From contig JAKMXF010000188.1 in the NCBI GenBank assembly GCA_024704765.1, positions 1 to 64,000 of the forward strand: DNA of 64,000 bases, in the 5' to 3' direction. Within the stretch, counting starts at the first letter, position 1. Each line of letters begins with the position of its first letter. Under the pieces are notes generated by a model that saw only the letters and a list, made by a program, of their open reading frames with translations, was not told the DNA's origin and made no database searches. Of the stretch, positions 46,551 through 59,100 are shown one piece after another. A program made the translations under genes and the position numbers. The DNA is from Oopsacas minuta (taxonomy: Eukaryota > Animalia > Porifera).

Positions 46551-47702
46551 CAGCTCCTTTTTACTGTGCCGACTATACTTTAGTATAGTAGCCCAGTATT
46601 GAAATAGTTGCCTATGTTTTCTATAACCGTAGACGGTGCATTGCCAAAACCATAATAGATTAAAGGCTAATACTTTCAGGATGCATGGACAATTTCTGTG
46701 CGGTGTGCACTGGGGGTCACGATTTTATATCTGACATATTGTTCCACTTTTGTGTCACTTTATAAAATTTCCCATAGGAATTGTATTAGGTTTTGGTTAA
46801 TATAATACAAGTGTGACCCAAAGTTCGGATATAGCGACAGATCGCAAATTACATTTTTCCCTAGCCCTAGCCCGATGGTGCGTCATTAAATCCAATCTTC
46901 ACTGTACCCAAAGCTAGAATATGATGTAACGACTATTAATGCATAAAGCCATAAACGTTTCCTCTGAAAATAGTTTAGAAAATAATCCATATTATTAAAT
47001 CTCAATTGTTGTCTGTCTGTCTGTCTGTTTGTTTATCAGTTGTCAAGGAAAGGATTTATGGTATAAATGCATTTGTGCTGTTGATAAATATGCCAATTGA
47101 GACTGTTTTCAATTGGAAATATAGAATAATTGCAAATTTAGATAGTTTTGAGACAGATAGAGATAGGTTCTGCAGGATAGTGGACGGATGTATGATGTAT
47201 GCTTAATGCTAGTGCATAGCCATAAATGTATTATAATTTCTATTTTGCATACGAAAATGTATCAATATATCAAATGCGAATCTATGAATTAGCCCAGTTT
47301 TTCTTAACATTTTCTAACTGTGGTACACTTATATCATCAAAAATCTTCAAGGCACACCTTGTCTAGGGTGAATTCTATTTTAGTATTACTGCGGCGGTGT
47401 AACAACTTCTTAAAAGTATTATATTTCTTAGGTAAATATTGGTGGTAGAGGAGCAGTTCTTCCTTAATTTAGCACTTTCATATTCAAAGTGCAACAAACA
47501 CTTGAAACCGTTTAAATTTCTTATATGCCAATTGAGAAACACTCTACCAGTATATACTCCCATCTACCTTAGATAGCTAACCGTGAACTAAATGATTGAA
47601 GAAACATGAACATCTGAAAAATAACAACAAACACAGATAAGAAAACAGAATCTCTGATCAAATAATAAATACTACAATGAAATACAAATGTTGGTCCTTG
47701 AT

Positions 47703-49060
47703 TCACTCATCTTTAATTTTGTCATCCTTCTTTCCTCTTCTATAGCAGCAACAATAGCATAGCCCAATCAGAAATGACAAAATAATAATAGATAAGGAGA
47801 GTAGAACCAATAGTGATGAATATACATCAAGAATATCCTGTATATTGCTGTCAAATGACATTCCATCATATCCACGAGATGGCAATCTCTCCAGTATCTC
47901 GACTACTTCAGGAGCCCCTTCAGCCTCGCTCATCAGCTGTTTAGCGTTCTCAACACAATCCTTATATATCTGATAATTCTGATCAAGTTCTAACAATTTG
48001 AGTGCAGAGCTGTCATGTCATTAAATTGTATACTACAACCTATTTCCTCCATAACGTTCGAGTTACAAACTGATCACCCATAAGCGGAAATAATACCAAG
48101 CGCGTAGTAGTTACTATACTCTCCATAACTAAGCTATAACCACCATGAGAAAGAAATATTTTAACTTGTTCAGTTTTCAAGAGAGCAATATGCGGAGCAT
48201 AATATACCAATTTCAAATGCTTCGGTAACCCAGCAATCATTTCTTCTATGTTATTCAATCCTAATATATTAACTGGTTCTAATATATTAACTAGCTCTAA
48301 TATATTAACTAGCTCTAATTGATGATCTATCCTCAAGGATAATATAACATTATAATCATTTTGATCACAAACCTGTTTATATAGCGAACTTAATTGAGCT
48401 GTGTTAAGTCTCACTATGGTACCAAACATATATAAACAACAGGTTGTGAAGGAACCTCTCTTAGGAATGTGATATATTCATCACTTAACTCTTCAGAAGC
48501 TTTGCCAGGAGGGATGTAACCAACTAACCATCTACCATCAGAGAGTCCTAAAGATGGAGCGACGAGTGGATGATAACTTTGGTAAACAATAGGAAACCGA
48601 CCAGCAATGCAATGAACATACTTTTTGGAGACAGTTCCTCTAAGCCAAGCAATCTTATTTGAGAGTCAAACAAATTCAAAGCAGGATAAAGCCCTAATAT
48701 AATGAACCTTTCAAAAAGCATATATATTAGTAATGATGGCAGAGAATTAGATAGAGAAATGAAAGGTAAACGGAAGAGGCACTGTTCCTGTGTACTTACA
48801 GTCAGGACATTTCTCCCTTGCAATAAATCCGATTTCGTAAGAATTTAACATTAGAGGGATATTGAACTTATCAGCTATATGAACTGAAGATATACTTATA
48901 AAAGAAGATAAGATGACGTCAATTTTATTTCCATTAAAGTAATCAAGATCATCTTGGTGAAGAGTTGTATGACTCTCAAACATTATTTGTATTCCCTTCA
49001 ATATGTTAAAAGAGCCTTCAAGATTCCTTTTCCCTATCACCTTTGATTAGTGTTTCATAA
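47703..49060 (-). pseudogene. UDP-glycosyltransferase (UGT/GT1) pseudogene, 5'-truncated
   Basis: PVVYI..GTIV, YAPHIALL..VKIFLSHGGYS..ESI..LVLFPLMGDQF (UGT signature), plus a C-terminal TM helix and basic tail. Split across four frames. Confidence 0.82.
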
Positions 49061-49814
49061 ACTCTTCCATCATTATGTACTAAATTGACCTGAAATTCAA
49101 GCAATATTTCATGACAAGCTCTATTCAAAATACATGTTACCGAGATTTTGATGTAATAACTCACGGATTATTCCGTATTGGCCTGAGAAATGGCTAGGGA
49201 GGCATGCCATAAAAAACAGCAACATTGAATCCGGAACAAATAGAAAATAACGTTAGTAGCCAAGAAAATTTGGCCAATAAACTAATCTTGATAAGAGTTA
49301 CCATATCCGAGCAGAAGATTGAGCAAAACGTATACAGGCTAAATATTACAATTATACAGTCAAATTCCGTTATATCGAAACTCAAGGAACTCGCATAAGA
49401 CATACGCTCTCGTGAAACAAGAATTAATACGTACTAATCGAAGTACTTCTATCCTATTACGAATTCGAATTTCGCAATCCTGATAACTAAGTATTCATCA
49501 TGCAATCAAGAAAGTAAATAGAATTTAAAAATTTGACTAACTATATCAGATTTCGAATGAACTGTTTCTGCTATATTAAGAACCTAAAGGGTGCAGTTTT
49601 TAGTTTTATACTTAGGAAAATTTAGCTGTACGAAGATCGTATGGCATCTAACAAATAGCATACGATAGCTTTACAGACCAATGATCGTATGACCGTAAAC
49701 CTGCTTTTTAGCCATGTGCCCTCAGGGGAGAGTTATCCGATGAGACCAGTAAAATTACCTTAGAAATACTTTCGTAAGATAGTGCTAAAACTGTTTGATG
49801 TTACAGCATAATTA

Positions 49815-49940
49815 CAGTGCAACCTCGATTATTCGAACATGCCCCCTGATCCCAGTTCCTATTCCACTATGCATAAACGACCTCGATTATCCGAACGCTT
49901 TTGACAGGCCCAACGAATTCGGATAGCAGAGGTTACAGAG
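49815..49940. mobile_element. Degenerate pogo-like MITE
   Basis: TA-cagtgcaacctcgattattcgaac ... ttcggatagcagaggttacagag-TA. Confidence 0.6.
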
Positions 49941-50124
49941 TATTTTGATTTTGTAAATGAACGTTTCTTAAATTCATGTTAATTTAATTAAAATTAGATA
50001 AAATATGAATAGTAAATAAAACGAAAAATTCTACAAAAATTAAAAAATTAAATATAATTATCATAAAAGAATGTAAATAAATAATTCATATTATCAAATG
50101 TTTTGGAATATGGATTATGGATAA

Positions 50125-53100
50125 CTATGTATCATCACTGTGTTTCATCTCCATTAGTTCAGAATGAACAGAAGATCCAGGCTCAGAAACTATCATAGAA
50201 ATTTTAGTTATGTTGTCAGAATCTCTTCTAAAAGGATTCAATCCAGACCTTAAAGGCTCATCTACCTCCTTGTTGTCACTATTAATATATTCAGTGAATG
50301 GATTCAGAGAGGGTTCGGATTTTGCTTCTGCGTATTGTCTATCTTCGTGAAGTTCGATATCAATAATTGAATAATTATTAGATTTTTCTTGTTCTGTTTG
50401 ATATTTCATGCCCAATTTGTCTGTATTGTGATCATATAATGGATTAAAGGAAGCATCATCTGGTTGTAGCGGATGGCCCACTGTTTCTGGCTGTTTTCGC
50501 AAATGAATAAACTTATAATCTTTCCTCTTGAAATAATTGTAAAGGAACCATATAGTGCAAGAGACAAATATAACCAGAAGGCATAAAATTGTACTAATAG
50601 AACCTGTAATGATAATAATTTGATAATTGGGACCCTCATATTTGGATGAAAGTACAGAAAAGCTAGTAGCATGTGTGCTGGAACAGCTGAAATATTCTGA
50701 ACTTTCTCCAGCATACCTTAGTCCAGAGGAAGTCCAAGTGTGTGTAGTATTATCCCAATACACACAAGTATATTTTAGTTTAGATTCTGTAGAAGTAAGT
50801 AGTTTTAGAGTTAGAGTAATAGGAGAAGAGAATGTGAGAGGTTCTCCCAGACTATTCTGTACAGAGATTACACCTGTGCTGATAGTAGAAGTAGTATCTA
50901 GATCAGGATTTAGAGAAGAAGATCCGATTGCTTGACCCAAATAGCGACTAAACACAACAGCAATTACAGGCACTTCTCCATGGGAATTGGAAAACAGACT
51001 CGATACCTCACTCCCAGGGATGGATATACTGTTTGGATAGAGACCTGTATCTTTGACAGCTGACATATCGTAATCTGGTAGTGTGACAGATTTTCCATCA
51101 GTCAGAGGAGTAATGTACATATGAATATTTTCTTCTGAGAAGAGAGCGTAGTCAGGATTAGTGTCGTAATTCTCTGCATTTAACTTTGCAATTCTCTCTA
51201 TCAGCTCGTATATTTCAATAGCTAGTGAAGAGTCAGTAGAGAGATAAAACAATTCAAGATTCCTCGAGTCGAGTATGCCAGATAACATGCACAGAACTCC
51301 AGGCGTTACCTGAGGAAGAAGATCTACTCGAGTAGATTCATTTTGACTGTCTACTGAATCCAGAACATTCACTATAACTTCAATCAATATCTCGATCTCA
51401 CTTGGGAAGAAAGTGGGACCAGACCCCGAATCAACTACACAGAAAATATTCTGCAGATTAGCAACGCTATCAATAACATCTTCAGGAGAGAGTATTAAAT
51501 CACCTTCTATATCCAGATCATCATAAACTTTCTTCATACAATTATTCACATCAGGTGGTAACCATGAGCCATCAGCTGAGCAGGAACGACTGGCATCACC
51601 GAATAGTAGAGAGTCAGAATCAGAGCAAGGAAGAACAACTGTATCACTATAAGCTGTATCAAGCCATAGGAAGTTGAGATAAAGCACTTCTCCACAGACA
51701 GGTGTACCAGTTGTTATGTCACACAGCTGTCCTTGATACCCGTCATCGCATTCACAAATATATTTATTAACTCCATCTGTACAACTACCATGATCACAGT
51801 TAACATCAAGACAGTCATCAATGTTGATATCACAAGTTTGACCTGTGAATCCTGGATTGCACTGACAGATGCTCTCAGCATAACCTTGAGAACACTCACC
51901 ATTCACACACACTCTACAGACATGATTATCTGTTGATAAGAATTGTTCTGAAGAGAATGGTCCAGGACCTGCACTGGTATAAGCTCGTATTTCTATTGTA
52001 TAATACGTATCAATGCTTAAACCTGTTAGATTTGAGTTAACAGTAGGTGTACTGATATTAATGAATACGAATTGGGTATCTGATGATGGCGTGAATCTAA
52101 GTTCATATAGTAGAATAAGTCCATTACGATGTATTCCGTCAATTTCTTCCCAAACCACGAATATCCAATTTTTCCCTGAAGAAGAATCTATAATTGAAGG
52201 AGCTACATTAGGAATTGATTCTGGCAACAAGAGAGAGGCTGAATCAGAAGCAGGACCGTTTCCAATTGCATTCAACGCAAACACATACACAGTGTATTCT
52301 ACTGCTGGATGCAAACCAGTCACTTCTAATGACGTCGTATTCAAACCAGTTTTTATTCTCAATGGAGACGTGTCATAGTTTGCACCTTGAGATACAATTT
52401 CATAAGCTAATAGCAATCCGTTGTGATGCTGTGCAAGAATTCCAACCCAACTAGCAATATATGAAGATGATGACGTAGCTACAACTATTACCTGAGTAGG
52501 AGCAGCAGTTGGCAATCCTTGTAGAGTTCTGACATAAATTGGAACAGATAAAGGACCAATTCCTCCAGAATTTTCAGCTGCTACTATGATAGAGTATACC
52601 TCGTCAGGCTTCAGAAGTGTGATTATGGTATCAGTTTTGAAATCATCAACAGATTGCTTTCCCTCACTTTTGTCATGTTCTTGTCCTTGATAGTAGACAA
52701 TATAATTTATCACAAGACTATTCTGATGGATAACAGGAATAGGATACCAGCTGACAAATATTGAGAGATAAGATTCAGGTGTACCAGTCACATTCTGTGG
52801 CGCTGCAGACGGAGGAAATGGAAGAGTTGTTTCATATAGTACTGAACTGAATGGTCCTATCCCAACACTAGTCCAGGCAGCAATACTATATTGATACTGA
52901 GTGTATTCCTCAAGATCATAAACTGAATATTCTGTCAAGTGTGTAGTGTAGGTAGTTGTGCTGATAGAAGTACCAAATTTAATTGAGTAATTAATTATGA
53001 TTCCGTTTTGTACAGAAGCTTCAGGAGGCTGGTATAACAGAGTGACATAAGCGGAGTAAGGAGTGGCAGAGATAGATGTGGGGGGACCAGTGGGTACATA

Positions 53101-56100
53101 TTCTGCTGTTATAAAGCTCGTAGAAGTAGGAGAACTGGTACCAGCTATGTTACTAGCTGTTACCTGTACGGTGTACTCTCTGTAGGGAAGTAGAGTCGAT
53201 AATTTGTGTGAGAGAGAGGAGAGGGTGATTGAGGTAACAAGGAGATTGTCTGCACTGGTGTAGATAGAGAGTGTGTAGGAGATAATAGGCCCATTTTGGA
53301 GGTGTATAGGAAGAGAATTAAACTGTACAAGAGCACTGGTGTTCGTTATGCTTTGAATGGGAAGTAGCTCAGGTCCTTGTGAGGGAGGTGACTGAAGAGT
53401 AGTGAAAGTGACATCAGAGAATGAGTAGGGACCTGTTCCATGAGTATTAATGACTGCTACTGCTAGTGAGTACTCTGTGTAGGGAGTGAGGCTAGGGATG
53501 ATAGCGTGAGGTGAGATGGAGGCGTATAAGAAGTAATTTGTAGTTTGAGTAGCAGTTACAAGAACACTGTAGCTCACAAACTCTCCATTGAGGGAAGAGG
53601 AAGGGATCTGGTCCCAGGAGAGGTTGACAGAGTTATGTGTGATCAGTAAGAGAGTAAGTTGTGTAGGTGCTTCGGCTGGTAGTGCTTGGTTGGTTGTAAT
53701 TATGATAACTGGAGTATAAGGACTATGTCCAATAGAATTGATAGCTCTGATCTGAATTGAATAACTAGTGTAAGGATGGAGAGACTGTAGAGTGTAGCTT
53801 GTTAGAAATGTCGATATTATCTGTTCAATAGATTCTGTTGAAGAAGCTACACTAATATCAAATCCTGTTATTGCTCCATTCTGATTAATAAGGAGAGGAT
53901 AATCATATTCCACATGTATTTGAGTTGTTGACAACACATACGCCTTGAAATCTGTGGGAGGACTAGAGGGTAGAGCTTCTTCAGTTCTTACACTAATCAC
54001 GTTGGAGTAAGGACCTGATCCCACAGAAGTATATACTCTAATTCTGAAATGGTAGACTACATCTTCTTCCAGACCATAAATAGTACATTGTAGCTCGGAT
54101 GCGGATATGTTCGTACTAACGTGAGTGTGTGATAGGAATGTTGCTTCGTTAAAATAGGTAATTTCGTAGTAAGTCAACTCTCCATTCTGTTGATCAACTG
54201 ATATTGCTAACCATGATAACGTAATACTGACAGTTGCTGGAATACCTGTAAAATTGTCCGGAGCTTCTCCAGGAGATGACTCGGCAGTTAAGACAATCAA
54301 CTTATCATTTGGTCCGTAGCCAATAGAATTTCTTGCTTGGATTAGGATAGAATAATTGTGATGCTCTTCCAAACCTGTGAACTGATAGAAAAATGTTGTT
54401 CCACTGACCTCAGCTTGAGAGATCTCTACGTTAGTTTGCAAATCAGTTGCTACTAAGTAGAACGCTATTATTACTCCATTTCGTTCTCCGATAAGGGGGA
54501 GTGTCCATGAAAATGAAAGAGAAGTAGAATCTCTGTTTTCAACTATAAACATTGTTGGAGCGCCATCAGGTAGAATTTCTAATGTAGTCTCTGTCGCGGA
54601 AATACAAGGACCTACTCCCATACTATTTGCTGCACAGATGTAGATAACATACTCGCTACCTTCACTCAGATTCTCTAGAGTAGCACTAGTTGTTGGTAGT
54701 GTTATATTTATCCATTCAGTATCAATACTAACTCCCCTATACGCTAACCTGTAACCTGTTATGATTCCGTTCTGCTCACTCAGAGGAGGAGAGTCCCAGC
54801 TGATAGACAGACTGGTATTCAGGATGGTGGTGAATTGGATATTCTGAGGTGTGTCAGCAGGAGCTATCTCGTATGTGGTCGTAGTGATGACGTCAGTGTT
54901 AGGACCACTTCCAACACTCGTACTCACAGCTGCTTGAATGTTGTAAAAAACACCTTCTTGCAATCCAATCAGTGTCTCATCGACAGGTGACAAATAATTT
55001 GTAGTGTATGGCGTTACCCTCACAGTCCGTGTAGATGTGTCAACACTTATACCTGTGTATGTGACAGTATAATAGGTGATGATACCATTAAGAGAATATG
55101 TGTCATTCGGAGGACGGAGTGTTAGTGTGATTGTGGTGTGAGTGATGGTAGTGACAGAGAGGAGAGGAGGAGACGTGGGAGTGCTCTCATGGGTGGTGAT
55201 AGTTGTCGAAGAACTGTAAGGTCCCTTCCCAACAGAAGTAGAAGCTGCTACACTGAATGTGTACACTGTGAATGGGTTCAGATTCGTAATTACGGAGAAA
55301 GTAGAAGAAGCGCTTACAATGTGTTCTGTAACGTTGATTAGAATGACGTAATCGACTATAATGCCATTTTGAGATTCCCTGTCAGGAGCAATCCACGAGA
55401 GACTTATCTCTGTGTCACTGATAGTTAAGACAGTGACAATAGTTGGAGACTGACTAGGTATATCTTGATTCGTTCTCACTATCACAGTATTGGATTCTCC
55501 ACTAGATAGACTTCCTATAGAACGGACGTATAGCTGATAGTTTCTGTAAGGCAGTAGTCTGGTGATATTATAATTTAAAGCAGTTGTATTTCTGTAATCT
55601 ATATACGAGGGCGTAGAGAATGTAATATCACGGTAATACACTACATAATAGAGAGAGACGGAGTGTGTGTTTGGAATGAAAGTTGTCAGCCAATTGATAT
55701 GTATAGATCTGCTAGTCAGTGCAGAACCTGCCATTAATGTATCAAACGTTACAATACTGCAAGCGATATATGTCACTAAGTAGTAATTAATCATGCATGA
55801 ACACTCGTAGCTTCCAACAGTATTTTTGCAGATCTGGGTACATTGGTCTGTGTTTAAGGTACACTCATTAACGTCTACACAACTGTGATCAGCTACGTTC
55901 CATTCATATCCCTCGGAACATGATCCTAAAGAAAAAAGATTATATATAGCTGAGCTATAGCATAGTACAGTTTTTTGCAATACAAAAACCCCATAGCCTC
56001 ATTCGAAAAGGTGACTTCCATTAATCCGAAAAAATAACCTTTCCTCGAAGATAGAAAAGCTAATACATAAAAACTGTACTATAGTATAGCTGAGCTATAT

Positions 56101-59100
56101 CTTAGTTATTTGAAGAAATGAAAATAGTACAATTTATCAGATGCAAGCCTGTGAATGGCAGCTGATGTAGGTTAGATCTGAATTTGGCATTTTACATGTA
56201 TATATTATAATAAAGATGGTATTCAGATGTCAAACCACTTCAAATCGAATCATTGTACTCCAAATAATAGCAGTAAACTACAGTCAACTCCCGTTATATC
56301 GAAGCTCAATGGACCGCGATAATTACTTCAATATAATAGGAGTATATATATAACATTTATGTAACTTTGGCGGTTGATTGGAGTATATGTGTACAATTTA
56401 AGACTTCGATATAGGGAGTATTTTGATGTATCCGTTTTCGATATAAAGGGAATTCACTGTATAAGAACCTCAAGCAAAATCAATAATGAGATACGAAGTA
56501 AATACGAAAACATAGAACATCTTACCGACATCGCAATCTGTTCCGCTAAACCCTGTATTACAAATTTTTCCACCTGTTACAGAGTTACAAGTGTAGTGAC
56601 CGCTTGTACTATCTTCAGCTATACAATACACTGTACAATATGTAGAATAGTAGTCTTCATCACAGGTAAACTTGTATTGTAGGCTAGTTGTAGCCACGAA
56701 TGATGCACGTAATCCTTCGTAGGTTAGGGTAGAACCTAAGGTTGCTTGCTTTGTAGCTGAAATTCGAATATTTACGTGATCTATGTCGTCATCTCCTCCA
56801 TTCCAGAATCCATCTGCATCAATTGCAACTATTGATATCTCAAAATTCCCCTAAATTGATAATATTCATTGAGTATTATATAATTTTCGCAACCAAATAA
56901 TATCCAAAAAATAACCGCACTCGCATAATATATCATGGACTTCTAACTACCTGTGACAGTCCACTCGTATTCAACTCAGACGGACTCTATACCACCAGGG
57001 ATGCGCAAAACTCACCTTTTAGGCCACTTGAGTGCGGCCGATAGCAGCAAATCTATAAATTTTTAGGAGGACAATTTGAAAATTTGGTGTCATTTGAGGA
57101 TTTCAATTTAACATGGGTTTGTAATAATAGTTATGTATATTATTGTTTTGACAGTTAAAATTCCCATTATACTTTTATTCCATTATACTTCTATTCAATC
57201 AACTATTCTGGTCACCACTATTAGCAATGTGTACACAGTTTACTAGTTTCTTTGTTCTTCAACATTACCAAAATATATCATCAAAAGTTCAATATATTTA
57301 CGCTTGATCATTGTGCGTTTATGCTACCTGTCTGACAAGTGGCAAATAATTCTGGTGAGGTCCCCTTTTCCCACTTTCCACCCTGTTCTTGAGACTTTAC
57401 ATCTTTAAATCTCTCCCACGAAAGGGCCTCATAATTTCCACAAATAGCTAGTAATCGCTGGGTGCCAGGTCGGGACTTTAAGCGGGATGAGGTAAACATT
57501 TGAAGTCTAGATCATTTATGGCCTCAAGAGTACCAAATCATCTCATTCTATCATTCTTCATATTGCATTGCATTATTTTATGTATGAAAATTGCGATTGG
57601 CAAAGAACCTATTTGGCAATGCAATGGACGACAAAATATTTTATTGAAATTTTGGACAGCCCCTTGTAGTTGTAGACGAATAGTTTCAAACGGAACCGGC
57701 TTTTTAGATGCGGCCGGTAATGATATGTTCTTGCGTAAATGTGGCCGGGATGCTGCAAAAGTGCGAACCCCTGCTCTATACCAAGTTAGGCCAGGGTGTT
57801 ATAGTTCATATCTCAAAAACCGTCAGTTCTTTTGATATAAATATATTATTATCGAATAGGAACTCATGTACGGGGAACACTATGATCATATTGGCATACT
57901 TGAAATGTGTTGTGGTTTGTGATTTTTTGCGGTTTTTACACATTTTACCAGCATAGGGATATGTAAAAGTAGCTCAACAATATTAAATTGTATATTTTGG
58001 ACCAAATAAATATGCTATTGATATTTAACAATACATAATGTTTATCTCGAAAAATAGTCAATTAATAGGAGCATTTGTTGACATTTGCTAAGTAAGCAAT
58101 CAGATTACGTCAATTCGATTTGGAATTAGTTTATAAAGATAAATTTATGTATTATTAAAAATCAATAACATATTTATTCAGCCCAAATGGTACAATTTAA
58201 TATCGTCGCTACTTATAAATATCCCTATGTTGGTAATGAAAAAATGTGTGAAAACCGCAAAACTCCCAAACCACAAACATTTCAAGTATGCCAATATGAC
58301 CCTCGAAATCCCCATACATGACTTCCTATTTAACAATAATATAGCTAATACTAGGGATTAGGCATGCACCGGCTCCATAAATTCTTGATCCGGTGCACCT
58401 GTCTTGAGTATCCAAATGCTTTATATAATCACTGAAATTCTGAATGTATCATAATTATATTGACTAATATGTAATACACACAGTAGAATGTCAGTTATCC
58501 GAACATGATGGGACCGAAGAAGGTTCATATAATTGATACTAATACCCTAAATGTCAATTATATGAACCTTCTTCGCGACCTGTTTTGACGATCGGAGAAT
58601 GATCGCCGATCATTTTATAAACAGTGATCGAGTGTAAGATCACGATCATTTTTGGCAGACAGAATTAAAAAAAGCATATAGGTGATGTACTCGGCACATC
58701 GTATCTCGAATGTTTTCAAAATAACAACTAGTGTTTACACATGAACAGTAGCGGTGTCAGGACTAATTGGGGATGGGGGGCTTGAGTGCCACCATATTTT
58801 TTGAGAAATTTATGATCGAATTGTTTCGATTTTGTGTTTGTTTCGAGATGTGCTTAGTTGTTACGTACATGTTTTTGTAGAATTATTTTTCTAGATGTCT
58901 AGTATTGCTAATATTCCGTCTTAATTCTCCGAAAATCTTGTTTCTTGCTCTGTTTATGAGTTCTTGTGTAATACTGTATTTGAATATTTTTCTTTAATAA
59001 TTTTGTAACTCAATTATTTCCTTACATGCCAATTTGGCAGCTCGATAAACCGCTTTCATTCAAAGCATCAAGTAACATATTTTAGGAAGTTATAAGGCAA

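Noticed and set aside
46858-46872. ccctagccctagccc as an interstitial telomere
   Set aside because: Only about two units and not TTAGGG; too short to support.
50406-55341. Short ORFs overlapping the large minus-strand exon (e.g. 50627-50935, 51733-51936, 52013-52378, 55138-55341)
   Set aside because: These are shadow frames of a long coding exon with no recognisable motifs. The same applies to antisense ORFs over XYLB, KLHDC10, calcineurin B, the transposase and the SET-like gene.
51950-55750. FN3 array as a receptor tyrosine phosphatase, usherin or sidekick orthologue
   Set aside because: The repeats are similar in style, but there is no PTP, Ig or laminin domain, and the flanking DSL and GAIN modules do not fit.
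55926-55980. Listed start of the 1951-aa ORF (MQKTVLCYSS...)
   Set aside because: No signal peptide follows. A tttag acceptor at 55927-55926 joins in phase to the DSL exon, so this stretch is intronic.
57308-57956. ORFs 57308-57499, 57500-57835 and 57708-57956 in intron 2 of the DSL-GAIN gene
   Set aside because: No recognisable domain; they overlap repeat-like sequence and are not needed for the in-phase splice model.
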